A stretch of DNA of 64,000 bases from NCBI RefSeq assembly GCF_009914755.1, contig NC_060934.1, one strand, 5' to 3'. Source of the stretch: the human T2T-CHM13v2.0 reference genome, Homo sapiens. Numbering within the stretch: the stretch's first letter is position 1; each line of letters opens with the position of its first letter. The position numbers were made by a program, and so were the translations under genes. This document shows, in pieces, positions 1 to 14,615 of the stretch. The notes under the pieces are model-generated. The model was not told the origin of the DNA, did not search any database, and saw only the letters and a program-made list of their open reading frames with translations.

Positions 1-2200
1 TGTTTGCCTTACTACCTAGAGTATTACACCAATCCATTGAGTTCATGGTAGTTATACTAACTAAATCTATTGAGCAGGAAGTAGCAAGTGCCCTGCATAT
101 TTTAGTAAGGCACTTGCATGCCCAAGGACAAAAGATCGAACTCATGGAAATTCAGAAACCTGCAATACTGGTGAAGTGTCTAGTGTCCACAGTTCTTGGG
201 TATGACAATAATTTATCTCTAAAACTAGACACCTATTGCTTCAATTTGTACAGCTCATGAAGAAACAAAATGGAGCTAATCTTATGGGGCATCTGGATTT
301 TGGAGGCAACACAAGCTGCGTTTGGTTCTGTGTACCAATCCATTAACCAGCCCACAGTTTTAAGAGAGGCATGGAATGATAGAAGTCTCCTCTTAGAAAC
401 AGCTCTAAGGTCCAGTGTAAGCTACTTTTCATTTGAGATGCCCGTGACAGACACAGATGTTATGTGGTTTTCTAAGAAGCTCTCATAACCCCAGGATTTT
501 GGTGTAAGACCATACACTCTGCTACCAGCAAGTACTTTTTGGGCTTGCTTCTGGCAATTCTAATGAAGACTGAACACCTGGCCATGTCACCTGAAGTGAC
601 TTTGATCCTAAAACCAATATCATGAAGTAAGCATCGTCTTTTGCAATCATAAGGTTGTATGTGCACAGCAGAATTCCAAGTTTCAATGGAAATCGTATGT
701 ATAATGCAATCTGAGAACAGACATGAAAGATACAAGTAAACCTCATAGCCTGGTGCCTCAGTGCTCTCATGATACCTGTGCCTTCCCCTTTACTGCCTCT
801 TGCTCCCTCAATCATTACACCAATTCAACAACCCAAAGTGAAATGAGAACGAAAATAGTTAAATACATAGGAATTTCATTGCCACTTTTGTCCAGTTGCA
901 ATCTTTGGCATCACAGGGAGTTTCCAATGATCAGTTAACAGAAGAGGAAAAGCCCTGCTATAGAGATGGCTCTACCTGTTACACTGATACCAGCAGAAAG
1001 TGAATGTCAAATACAACTTCAGTTAAAAGTGGCACTCAAAAGGGTAGTGAAAGGAAAGCCTCTCAGTGAGTACAACTTCAGATTTTATATCTGGTTGTGT
1101 ATTTTGTGTATAAAGTTAAATTACTTGAAATAATCTCCAATGACCCCTAGACCATGGTTAAAGGGGTAGTCATGTTACTACAGTCTTAGCAAGGATAAGA
1201 AAACTAGCAACAAGAATATTTTTGGAAGAAGCAGGTTGGTTGGCCCTTTGGAAGTGGGCGAAGGATAGAAAGAAATTTGTTTCATGCAAATGCTTAACAG
1301 AAAGCATTCTCTGCCGAGGAGTTCTCAGTAATCAGGTGGAAAAGGTAACACAGAATGTGCCTGTCAATCAAAGCTACCCACAATTACATAATGGTTCATG
1401 AACAAAGTGATCATGGCAGCAGGATTAGACGCTTTGTGTAGGGTCAACAAAATAGAATACTACCACCAAGGTTGTTGGGTTATTGCCCCTGCTGAAGGCT
1501 CAGTTTTTAAAGGAGAGACGGTTACTAATTATCCTTTATGGCACTATTCCATGAAGAACTAGCCATCTACCTGGTGGCAAGTTGATTACAGCAAACTCTT
1601 TTAATTATGAAAAGAGAAGTCCTTGGTTTTACACGTTAATAGAGATTTTCCTTTATTTTCTGCAACATTTCTACCAGAATTACTATTCATCGACTTTCGA
1701 AAAGTCTTGTTAATTACTACTAACACATACCTCATTATATAGCAATAGAAAGTGCAATAGGGAACTCACACCCATGAAATTTATTGGTATTGCCAGGTAT
1801 CTTGTCACTGTGGAACAGCTGGCTTGATGGAATAATACAATGACCTACTGAAGGCTGCATTGTAATCCCAGCTAGGAGACAACATTTGTTGCTTTTGGGT
1901 TGTTGTCTTAAAGAATACTGTTTGAACCTCTAATCCACAAGCAATATATTGTGCTAGTGACGTCACAATAAGAACTGAGAAACACAGGACAGAGGTAGGG
2001 TCAGCCCCTCTCATTTTCACATTAATAGACCACAGAGAAATGTTTTCCTTCCTATTCCCAGAAGCTTGAGCTAATAGAGTTTGAAGGTCATAGTGACCTA
2101 GAGCACAAGGCTTTCCCTAGAGAATATCTCCATTGTTTCATCAAATTGTGTATAGGGCAGCCCACATGGGCCATCTGGGCTCCTCATACTGTTGAAGAAA
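1..2200 (+). mobile_element. Decayed ERVL (HERV-L/ERVL-E-like) internal region: RT C-terminus, RNase H, integrase and start of dUTPase
   Basis: ORF 45-260 (EQEVASALHILVRHLHAQGQKI..EIQKPA..VKCL) resembles ERVL RT ([36 protein letters not shown]). Motif remnants in the correct order: GFWRQH (~295), DQLTEEEK..DGS (~930-975), HEQSDHG (~1397), TWWQVDY (~1568), AGLME..N.LLK..QLGDN (~1818-1883), PPGHFGLL-like (~2160). Many stops and frameshifts. Confidence 0.85.
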
Positions 2201-2429
2201 CAAACAGTAAATGTAGATGTACATAATGTTTTTTGTGGGTGTATAATATAGATATATGTAAATGTAAAAACAAATGCAAATTGTATATTTTGCATATATA
2301 TGGTATAAGTATGCCTTGGAAGAAAAAAAAAAGAAATGTGTCCATATGAAGCCATTTGATTAAATAAGTTTTAAGAACAAAAGCCATGAAATTTGACCAC
2401 AAATAACCTGTATCCCAGTGGGTTCTACA

Positions 2430-2620
2430 GTTTGATCTGGCTCTGAACAACTTACTTAATCACTTTTTAACTTGGTCTCCTAGACTCAAAATGAAACAAC
2501 AAGCATAGATATCTCATACACACATTAAAAAGACTAAAGGGCATAATTTATATAAAATCATAATTCATGTGAAGTGCTCAGCACCTCTTTCAAGGAAATA
2601 CTCAATAAAAATGATTTATT
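2430..2620 (+). mobile_element. MIR SINE relic
   Basis: Degenerate MIR core and 3' end (..gtgaagtgctcagcac..ctcaataaaaatg..). Confidence 0.5.
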
Positions 2621-3939
2621 ATGCTCATATATTTATAGAGATATATTTATGCACATGTATGCATATACATATCAAACATAGATAATAGATTAAACAGAGT
2701 GACCATTTATCATATGTTTTTTGAATATTTTATTTCTAGGAAAATCACAGTGAAATTGTAAACTGTCTGTAATGCTTTTTGATGTAAAATTTACAGTTTA
2801 AAAAATGACAGTCATGAAAGCAACAAATTGTTTTGTACATATGTAATTTATTGTTTGAACAATGTCATGAGAAACAGCCAAATACATTGATGTTTAAGGG
2901 ATTAAAATTTTAAACCTTTAATATATGCTTAACTATTTTATATTCCTTGTATTATCCCCAGAATGATGTTTTATTCTGCTCTCTGGATTCTTGCGAAGTA
3001 TTAGTAATGATGTTAAAATTATCATTCCTAAATGGTTCCCTAGGTTATACATTTTGTCAGCCCTCAGCTTTCAACCACATTTTCTCATAGGCTTACAATT
3101 TATAGTACAGAATTTGCTAGGAATGCGTCTGGGACCATTTTTCTTAGTACTTAGATGACTTGTTTTAAAATTTAGGTTGAAATTGGTACAGATTGTGTTT
3201 TAGTAAATCACTCGCCTTAAATGTCATTACTAGGATGACAACTCTCTCAGCCCAGCCTCTAACTCACAGACTGCCTTGATATGGGGATTATAGGGCTATA
3301 ATTAATCCTCAGGCAAATTGAAATACCCATGATCATTTCGTGGGATGTTTTTTAGCTGTATAATTCCTCCCACACTGGTGCTCAATCTGTGCGTTTTCCA
3401 AATATGCTTGCCAGAGAAGAGACACTGCTGAAAACAAGCTCAAAATAGACAAGGGAAAGGGAAAGCAAGAGAATTTAAAAGTTTAATGAGATCCAAAATA
3501 AGTTAATGGGGTTAGGGAATTTTTTGCCAGTTTTTAGCCAATTGCAATTAATCAACTTGGCTATTAATAAGACTGAAAAGAAAAAAATTTATTTGGCTCC
3601 TTTAGGGCACATAAACACAGAATGAATTTTTCCAGGAGTTAAAGACCATTAAAACTGAAAGAAAACTTAGATATTAAATGGTATAAAATCTTTACTGGGT
3701 AGGTGTAAATACTAAAAATTAAATATATGAAGAGATTTTTAAAAATTCTTTTCAAGTTATTAGTAAAATAAAGAATAAACTCTGGTTGTTTTCTTTCCAG
3801 TGGGCCACACAATATATTACATGCCAGATATATATTCTGCCCTGGTTTTGCCATAGCTTAACATTTGTAATGCTGATTTCAAGATACAGGATTAAATTAA
3901 CTTCAAAAAGTGGTAGTGGGGATGAAAAGCCTTACTTGT

Positions 3940-5540
3940 GGTATAATGTCTACTAATAAATGTAAAAGGAATGATGGAGGCAGTAAAATCACCATTTAGC
4001 AAGCACAATAGTAATAATTGATTTAGGCCAAAGTCATCAGCAAATGTTAAAGCCATTTGGTACAAAGTCTGATGGGAACAGGATATTTCAACAGCCTCAA
4101 AGTATTTCTCCAAAGATTGTTAATTCATGATGCAGAAAAACGGTGAGTTTACAGTGTAGAAATCTGACAGATACCATCTGTCCTAATCCATTTTGTGCTG
4201 CTATAAGAGAAGACCATAATCTGAGTAATTTACAAAGAAGTTTGTTTGGTTCATGGTCCTGGAGGCTGAGGAGTCTAAGAGCATGACACTGGCATCTGGC
4301 TAGGGTGTTCCTATGGCAGAAGGGGGAAGGGCAAGGGACTACACGACACAGAGAGTAAAGGGAGGGTGAACTTATAACTTCACCAGAAGCCCACGCCCAC
4401 AATAGCAGTATTAATCCGTTCATGATGGTAGAGCTCTCATGACCTAATCACCTCTTAAAGGTCCCACCTATTCCACAGCTGCATCGGGGACTAAGGTTTC
4501 AACTCATGAGCTTTGGGAATACATCCAAACCGTCAAGCCATAGCACGACAATAGTCCAGTGATTAAAATTAACATTCCAAGAGTGGGACAAATATTTGTC
4601 TCCTGATGTGGTGGGCTGAGAGTGCATAACTCACATGGTATTTCTGCCAACAATAAAGCAACAAAAACCTCAATCTAGTCATAAGGAAGCAATCAGAAAT
4701 CCACAAATGAAGGGACAGTTTGAAACTACAATTGATGTGTACTGCTGAAAAAACATACATGTCATAAAAGACAAAGATTGAGGAGGTATTCCAGAAAATG
4801 GTTAAGGAGGCATAGTAGGTTAAAAAAAAATAGTGATGTTAGATTGCATCTTCAGTTGAATCCTTAATAGGATATTTAGTGAAATATGAATATGGAGTTT
4901 ATAATATGTAATACTATTAGATCATGATAAATTGTCTTTTTAATTTTTACAACAAGGCTGAAAATTAATTGATTAACTATACGAAAAGAAGAAAAAGGAA
5001 TGTCTCTTGATAACTGAAAATTGGACTTTGTACTGTGAGCACTACTTATGTAGAAAATAGTATCACAACACTCTTAGGATTAATGAGCCCAAGTCCATTA
5101 GTTCAATATTTTGAACAAAGAAACTTAAGAAAACTAATTTAGGGAAGATCTATTTTATATATGAATGTTATATAAAATAGAATGACACAATACTGAAGAG
5201 AACTTGCATTTATGATATATTTTCTGAATCTGATACTTATATTGTAGATAGTTTTGACGATGGCCTTGTTATTAGGAGACTGATGATGAAGTCTACACAG
5301 TTGAAGGAATTTGATGTCTGCCACTTACTTTCTAATGAGTTGGCAATGATAAAACAATGAGAATGATACTACAAAAAAGGAGATTAAGGAGGAGGAAGGG
5401 GAAGAAAAGAAAATTAAAAACAACATTCAGAGAGAAAGAGAAATAAACAATTAATACATCTCAATGAAGGATACACAGTGGTTCATTGTACCACTTTTGT
5501 AACTAGTCTGTACTTTTGAAATTTCTTTAATAAGAAGTAT
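3940..5540 (+). mobile_element. Old L1 3' end (L1MC4/L1ME3-like), interrupted by a MaLR LTR
   Basis: L1MC/ME 3'UTR-like phrases (..tttacagtgtagaaatctgacagataccatc; ..gtcataaaagacaaag; ..gttcattgtaccacttttgtaact..) on both sides of the LTR. Confidence 0.6.
4179..4545 (-). mobile_element. MaLR solo LTR (MSTD/MSTB/MLT1A-like)
   Basis: Starts tgtcctaatccattttgtgctgctataa, contains ctcatgacctaatcacctcttaaaggtcccacc, ends ..ccatagca; this is the reverse complement of the MST-type LTR pattern. Confidence 0.8.
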
Positions 5541-6109
5541 ACAATTTATTTTCATCATTTTAATGAGTATTCAACTAAAAATGTCTACTGACATTACTAT
5601 ACATAAATATTATACAGATGGCTTCTGTTCCCTACCTACCACACCGCACTTGCCACTCACTCTCTGGAAAAAGCTAGTGCTAGAAATAGAAAAGGAGATG
5701 CTGCCATTATAAAATCCTCACTGTGCTGGGAGTTGGAATGTGACGTACTTGTTATAAATCCTATAAAGTTGGAATGATCATATTGTTGGCCAATTTAACC
5801 TAAATCTCATTAACTATCTAAGTCACTTGAGATAGAGCCAAATCTGTTTATAATGATTAAATTTTTTAAATGCCAGAAAAATCAAAAGAAAGAAAACAAA
5901 GGGAATGGGTAAAAGAAACCAAAGAGGAAATAATAAAGTTCAAGTGTGTTTCTAGTGGCATCGAACTGCTTTCAATCTTGCCAATACGTTGTTCAAATTA
6001 GCCATAAGCTTCCCAGGGCTAACTACCTTTTTCAATTCATATGAAAAATACCCATCCTGTTTTTTATTCCTTCAGAGACAGCAATATTTGTTTCATGTTT
6101 TTCTCTTCT

Positions 6110-6408
6110 ATTTATTTTTTATTTTTAGAGAGAATCTCAGAGTGCATGCAGTGGCATGAACACAGCTCACTGCAGCCTCCAGCCCCTGGGCTTCAATAAT
6201 CCTCCCACCACAGGCTCTGGAGTAGCTGAGACTGTGGTTGCATGATGCCACAACTGGCTAATTTTTTTTTTTTTTTTTTTTTTAAGATATGGTCTTTCTC
6301 TGTGTTTTCCAGCCTCATCTTAAACTCCTGGCTTTAAGCCATCCTCCTGCCTCAGCCTCCCAAAGAACTGGGATTACAGGCTACAGGCATGAGCCACCAT
6401 GGCCAGGC
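6110..6408 (-). mobile_element. AluJ
   Basis: Antisense Alu dimer with J-type segments (cacagctcactgcagcctcc..cctgggcttcaa), expanded middle T run. Confidence 0.9.
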
Positions 6409-6439
6409 AGACAGAGCAGTCTTGATTTTAAAGAAGCAA

Positions 6440-6700
6440 AATAATTTATTTATTTATTCAGCCAATTTTATTGAGCATCCACTCTGCACCTGGTACGATG
6501 CTACATGTCAAACGTGTGTGTGAGCACTGCTTTAATCAGAAGCCCAGCACACTGGCAGACATGAAGTTTGAATAAGCAAGAATTAGACAAGATTATAAAT
6601 TAGGGGTGGAGTCAATCAGATTGGGTAGAGAACATGGGATACAATCCTACAGAAGGAAAGAGTTTTATGTGCTCAAGAAAACGTTAGGCCTCCATATTTG
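6440..6700 (-). mobile_element. L2 3' end relic
   Basis: tttattcagccaattttattgagcatccactctgcacctggtac matches the antisense L2 tail pattern. Confidence 0.5.
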
Positions 6701-7119
6701 GAAGACACGGAGGTGGGGGTAACAGAATCAAGTGATTCTGGATAAGTAGGTTCCACCCCCGAAGACTCCAGCCACGCTACCAGAGCATTATTAACTACAT
6801 TAAACATAGGATTCTATCCCAAATACAGTAAGTATCTGTTAAAAGTTCTGGGGTAGCCTAGTGAGACGAGTGAATATGACTATATTTAGAAAGCTGCACA
6901 ATGCCACGTGAAAAAGGAGTGAGAGACTCTCTGTGGAAACAAAAAGGGGGTTGCTAGGGTACAGAGAGAAAAGTGGCATGGAATGGAGAGAGTGACAGTG
7001 AAAGTCGACTGACAAGAAACGTATTTTGGAGGTAACATAAAGAGAACTCAGTAAGGTGGAAGGCGAAAAGGACGACGATGTAAACGGCTTCCCAAGAAGG
7101 GGTTGAAAAGGCATTGCAT

Positions 7120-8480
<1,361 letters not shown>

Positions 8481-8741
8481 TTTAAATTTTCTAGCTTCAT
8501 TTCCAGTCCTGAAATCTGTCTGGCACCTTGAACCAAGGAGGCTGTGGTTTTTGCCTAGCACTATTTGTCCGCAGTTGTGGCTACAAAAATTGAGTAGAAG
8601 TGTCCTGGGAAGTCACAACTTTCATCTCTTCCTTCTTCCAAAATCATTTCTCAAGTTCCAAGAACTTAAGAAGTTGTCAAGTTCAATCTCCCTTCTCCTC
8701 CTTGCTTTAGGATATTTATTATACCTGGCCATCTACATAGG

Positions 8742-8802
8742 AGTGTGTGTGGGTGTGTTTGTGTGTGTGCATGTGTGTAACATGTGTGTATATATATATG
8801 TA
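8742..8802. repeat. Imperfect (GT)n/(TA)n microsatellite
   Basis: gtgtgtgtgggtgtgtttgtgtgtgtgcatgtgtgtaacatgtgtgtatatatatatg. Confidence 0.8.
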
Positions 8803-11189
8803 TCTAAATATAGATATAAAGGTGCTATCTATAGCATATTCAAATAAGTATTTTTACAGTGTATTTATTTTGTAATTGTTCACATTACTACTTCACGTTT
8901 CCACCATCACCAGAAGCCTGACATGCTTTTGAGAACAGATGATCCACACTTTTGGCTTGATTTTCTAGTCATCTTTGTGAAATGACATGGCAAATAAAGT
9001 TTAAAAACTCTCCACCAATTTGTGCTATCTATTCTTTGAAAGGATGAAAGTCAAGAAGGAAAAATGGGTTCTTATTGAATTCAAGCTTGCTCTTTGCCTG
9101 GAGTCATCTGCCAGAAAATAAATTAAGGCTAAATTAAGTAGTATTTAAAGGATAAATTGTTATCGAATATCAGTGAGAGGATTGAGCAGGTTAAAAGTCA
9201 GTTGATCCTTTCCCATAAAGATTGAAAGTATTTTCACCTTTTTTGTGTTTTGTGTCATGCTATCAGGGCTACGATGGGAGCACATGGTGTGTTTAATCCA
9301 TTGATATGAGCGTTTGTCAGATGGAGATGTCAATGTTTTATGTTTACTGAGAAAATCAGGTTACAAAAATGCTTCCCAGAATGGATTTCACTAACATTAT
9401 TCATCATATTACTCAAGTGTTCCCCTGGAAACGCTAGATATCTGTGTTTCATTTTCTTTTATGACCAGTCTTCCATTTTGTAGCAAAGAACTATTACAAA
9501 TTGACATTTACTTGTATTTTGAGGATTTATAGAGAATGTATAATCCCCCAATAAAAGAAAATGAGCCACTTTCATGGTGTATTTTAGTCTGTTTTCCTAA
9601 TGTTTGAATTTCAGACAATATTTTAAAGCTTGATGACTTTAAACTTTTTATCTTAACAAAAAAACATTTTTCATCGTTAAAAATAAAACCAGTTTAGTGT
9701 GTATATTTTCTTCTGGGCTAATCAGAGCCATAATTACTCAAAATAGTAGCATTACTAACAATTTATTTCTAATAAAATGTTTCAAAATAATAGTCATTTT
9801 TATTTTTATATTATTAAGTGAGTATCACAAAATTTTAAAAAGCTATTGGAGTTGTTTCAGCTGGCAACAAATCTATCATTTCTGATCTCAGCATTTCACC
9901 CCATGTGGCAACTGCATCGTTCCTGGCTGTAGTCCTAGGTTCATGTAATTTAAAACTTTATATTAATTTGCTAATCATCTGATGGTTTTTTTTAGTATTT
10001 CCCAATCATATATTTGAATTCTTTAAACTAAGATGTTCCTAGTTTATTTTAATGTGCATTTCTAATTCCTACTTTTACTTTTGTTTTTAATATTATTTTG
10101 TTTCAGATGTGTTTTTAATTTCTGGGTCCAACCTAAACATTAGAAACATCTAATCTATTTATTTTCACCCAATTTTTAAAAAGTTATACTCTCTTAAATC
10201 ACTTCTATTTTCTTCTATTATTTTTTGAAATCATCAAATTTTAGAATCAGAGGTCATCTTCATGACCATAACAAATCAGGAAATATCATACATGTGACAA
10301 CACATATGCGAAATCCAAGCCTCCAATCTGTTTCTTGGGCACTGCACATTTATAGTGTTATCAGCATATACATTTATCTTTTCAGAATGATGCCTCACGA
10401 AAATTTATTGCAGGCTATACAGAGATAGGTATTCTTTGGAATTCCATCATGCCATATTATATGCTGCAAAGAGTGAGGTAAATAAAATGTGGCTGAAGGG
10501 AAGTGGAACAAGCCCGTGCGTGCATGTCATTTCGGAGTAAATAATTCTACAGTCAAAAGCCCAGCCTGTCCACAGGCAAGTCCTGAGCTCACAGCCCAGG
10601 AAAGCAGTCTTACAAGGATTGCACCATCTGTTGCCTAAGAAAAGCTAGTGTTTTACTATTTGTTGGTTTGTTAATCAAAATTTTAATTCACGTATTCATT
10701 TTTTGTGTAAAAGAACAGATCGTAGGGTGGAGGGTCAAGGTAAGAAAGCAATATAGAAATGTGTATTAAAACTTCTAAAAAATGTTCTAGCAATGGAATA
10801 TCTCTTTGACCTAAGAAATACAGATGGATCAATTAAACTGTCAAACTCTATGTTGCATGAAGAGAAATAAAAGGACAGCAACCATCAAGACTGTCTTGTA
10901 GGCTGAAAGAAAATTATGGCCAGATTAAACCCCACCACTGAGGTTTAGATTAATTTCTAGTTACCCTGGCAGGCCATGGCCCAGGGCAAACCTGAGTAAA
11001 TTCCTACTCTGTGAACCACCTCTCAGGTTTTGTTCATGGAGAAGGCTACACTTAGCCTCTGATGCCAGTAGAATGGTATACGATTGATTTGACTTGTGTT
11101 TTGCCCATATCCTGATTTGTTATAGTCATTATGATGACCTCTAATGCTAAAATTCTAGGATTCTAAAACCAATTTTAAAAATAGAAGGG

Positions 11190-11489
11190 GGCTGGCCACG
11201 CTGGCTCAAGCCTGTAATCCCAGCATTTTGGGAGACCGAGTTTGCAGGATTGCTTAAGGCCAGGAGTTTAAGACCAGCCTGGACAACATAGTAAGACCTC
11301 ATCTCTACCAATAAAATAAAATAGCCAGACATGGTGGCTCATGCCTGTAGTCAGTCCCAGCTTCTCTGAAGGCCGAGGTGGGAGAATCACTTGAACCCAA
11401 GGGTTCAAGGCTGTAGTGAGCTTTGATGGCAACACTGCATTCCAGTAGCCTGGGTGACAGAGACCCTGTATCTTAAAAAAAAAAAAAAA
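11190..11489 (+). mobile_element. AluJ
   Basis: Dimeric Alu with J-type ggattgcttaaggccaggagtt and gggttcaaggctgtagtgagct; A tail. Confidence 0.9.
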
Positions 11490-11874
11490 GGATTCAAGGG
11501 AGTACGACTTTTAAAGAAATTGATGCAAGAAAATGAATTAGATATTTCTTGGCTAAATTGGACCTAGAAATTTGAAACATATCTCAAACTTGCTCTTACC
11601 TGCCAACTGTTAGGAAAAAATATATATATATATGAGTGAAACGGAGGGAGAAGATTACCCATGGTGAAGCATGCTACCAGGGGCTACAGATATTTTTAAT
11701 CAATATTAGTGGTATCTTAGACAAAAAGTGTCTGTTGCCAAGCCATGTTAATTAATGATTTTTAAATAGCTATTATTCATCTTTCGTTGTCGCAATAGCA
11801 TTTGGTTTATGTTGACCTATATTAAAACTTGGTCTCTGTGGTTGGAGTCCAAGTACCATAACATACCTCTATGT

Positions 11875-12245
11875 TTGTAGTGTCACTTGAGTTTTAGAAG
11901 TAGGTGGACATTGGCTGTTTCTGTATGTTTGAACCTAAAATCAGAATAAAGTGTGGGTATGCCTTGGATAGAGGTGTTGCCTATGCTCTTTTCCTCCTTA
12001 TAGTGTATGTGATAAGGAAACATGACCCCAGCCTCAATTCCCAGGGTAGTCTCTGCATAGGCTGAGCAAACCAGAGCAACCTCATGAACTCTACCAGGAG
12101 TGGTTCATAAACTCAGGCCTATGCCAGGCAATGCACAGCCATCCCTTGGTGTATCTGATTGGTCCAAGGGTGGGCATGTGACCTACATTGGCCTAAACTA
12201 TCTGAACAGAAAGACTTTTATTCTGTGGTTAGGAGAAGCAGTTTT
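11875..12245 (+). mobile_element. Ancient ERVL-type LTR fragment (LTR16/LTR33/MLT1-like)
   Basis: Motif ctgattggtccaagggtgggcatgtgacc typical of old ERVL LTRs; boundaries vague. Confidence 0.4.
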
Positions 12246-12447
12246 CTGAGTGTTATAACTCTTTATACTAGAAAAAATCTTTCCACCTCTTTGGTTTATT
12301 CATTTCAGATTTTTGGCATAATTAAGAGTTCCAGCTAATTGTTTTTATAAAACGTTCCACATTCAGGATCTGTCAATTATTTCTCATAATTAGATTCAAG
12401 TATGTGTTTTTTGGCAGCAGTACTCCATACGTAATTATGCATACTTC

Positions 12448-12995
12448 TGTGAAGTTAAGGAGTCACCAATACCACACTCAGGCTTGATAATTTCCTAGAA
12501 GGACTCACATAACTCACTGGAAGCTGTGATACTCGCAGTTACAGTTTATTACAGCAGAATTATATGAATTGAACTCAGCCAAGGGAAGAGGTGCATGGAG
12601 CAGAGTCCAGGAGATTCCCAGGTATGCAGCCGCCCTCTGCCAGTGGGATTGTGGGCAGTGCTGTCTCCAAGAAATGATGGGTATGATTTACGTGGAGCGC
12701 TGCCAACCAAAGAAGGTCCCAAGTCTTGTGTCTAGAGTGGCCACATACACATCATTGACAAACACCTGCTTGGCTCATCTTTAGAGTCCAACCCCTCCCA
12801 ACATTGAGGTGACACTGCATGGCCCAAAGCAACACCCAAAATCACACTGTTAGACAATCTGGTGTGGACCAAGACTCCCAGGTACAAAAGACACTTTTAT
12901 CAGACAGGACATTCTGAGAGCTTAGAGATGACCTCCTGGGTGGCAAAGGCAAAGCACAGGCCTCTCTTTGGGAAAGTTTAGCTTTTTTACTACTA
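12448..12995 (-). mobile_element. MER68/MER21-group ERVL LTR (3' LTR of a provirus remnant)
   Basis: gataatttcctagaaggactcacataactc..; aaatcacactgttagacaatctggtgtgg..; cctctctttgggaaagtt..tactac match the antisense MER68-like consensus; about 550 bp. Confidence 0.75.
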
Positions 12996-14386
12996 TCCAT
13001 GTCCCTCGGCCAAGGTTCTTTTACAACAAAACAACCATATCTGTTTGAGCATCTACATTTAGTGTAACATTGATATCAATAGTATCCATCTGAATATGGC
13101 TAACATTTGGAGAAATCAGTATTGGGCAAGAACAGATTTGTAGAAGCAATTAATTCATCCTATAAAGCCATGTCATAAATTTTCATTTTTTTGTAATAAT
13201 TTGATAACTCATTGTTCTTCTCTATCTATTGCTATTTGAACTTTACAACAAACTCATTCATAATTACTTAGCATAGAAATTAGATGATGGTTAGCTAAAT
13301 CCAGCTTTTCCCCAGGCCAGTCATTTTTTTATTGGTATTTTCTCCTGTGAAGGCTTTAATTGTATTTCCCAATACATTTTATTATCAATATCTGTATCAG
13401 ACTCTTACCAGCAAAACCAGTGTTATAATATATCACACTATGGTAGTAAATGTAACTTGAAAAGTAAGTCAAAAGCTACTGGTCCATTGGTAGAGTCTTA
13501 CTCCATTTTTAACAATCACTCCAGTTTCTCGTGATATTACATAGCCACAGCATCTCCCAGACAGATGCCACCCAGATTCTAGGCTTCCATTTCACCTTGT
13601 CAATTCCAGGATCAGGAGTGCTCGTAACAACATATGGTCTCACCTTTTCAGACATCCAGGATAATTGAGCTAAAAGACAATATCATCTCATGATCAGAAC
13701 CTCTCAGGAGACATCAATATAGTATTAGATTTGCCTCACTGCCTAACCCAGTTATTCCTTCTTTTCTCCTTTATCATTACATTTACCCAAACATCTGTTT
13801 TTGGAAGGATCATTGAATTCGATGACTGTGCTGGTCTAGATAGCCTGCAGTAATTCCAATCTAGCAAGTCCACTCAATCCATGCTCAGTAGTGTACATTA
13901 GGGTTACAGAGGTACAGAATTAGCGAGCTATTTCAATCAGACAATATTGCTATATTCTTTGTCAATCCCAGTTTTCCCAGAAGGGATCAATGCACAGTCC
14001 ACCCCATCAGTCCCTTAGAATTCTAGTATAAAATAAAAATATAGTTTCAGTTTCTTGCTACAGGATAATCCATGCTGCCAGCATCCAGATTTGCAGCCCT
14101 AGTCTCAGGACCACTGCATTAGGTAGAAGAAAAGAAAGTTGAGGTGATGTGGGAAATAATTGTATAATCATGCCAACATTTTTCCCACCCCCTCTTCCCA
14201 AGATCACCCACAGAGTTGGAGGGATCTATCTAGTAGGAACCTTCCCTTCCAAACACTTCATGTTGAGTGTGAACACACACACAAGAAGGCATGTAAGCTA
14301 GCCCTGCATCTCCTTCTGACAACTTCACTCGTGACACCAACTACAGAGTTAAGGAGTTTCCAAGAGGACTCTCACTTCTGACACCA
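12996..14386 (-). mobile_element. MER68-int-like internal sequence ending in tRNA-Leu primer-binding site(s)
   Basis: Lies between two homologous LTR copies; cacttctgacacca at 14373-14386 equals the tRNA-Leu 3' end plus CCA (PBS TGGTGTCAGAAGTG on the minus strand). Confidence 0.65.
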
Positions 14387-14615
14387 ATTGAAAAATGTGG
14401 GAGTCCCAAGACCATCTCACATCTCACAAAATTTGTAAATTTGGGGTCCTCAAGACCACCCTTGGAGTTGAATAATTTCCTAGAAAGATTCACAGAACTC
14501 CCTGAAAGCAGTTACATTCATGGTTATTATGTATTATAGCCAAGTGATCCAGATTAAAATAAGCCAAGGAGAGAAGTTCATGGGACATACTCCCAGAATA
14601 TCACCGGTTCTTGTC
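14387..14615 (-). mobile_element. Partial 5' LTR of the MER68-type provirus
   Basis: aataatttcctagaaagattcacagaactc..gcagttacattcatggttattatgtattatagc..agccaagga parallels 12485-12600. Confidence 0.7.

Noticed and set aside
14373-14386. tRNA-Leu gene
   Set aside because: Only the 3'-terminal 14 nt including CCA match and there is no tRNA body; this is a retroviral PBS.
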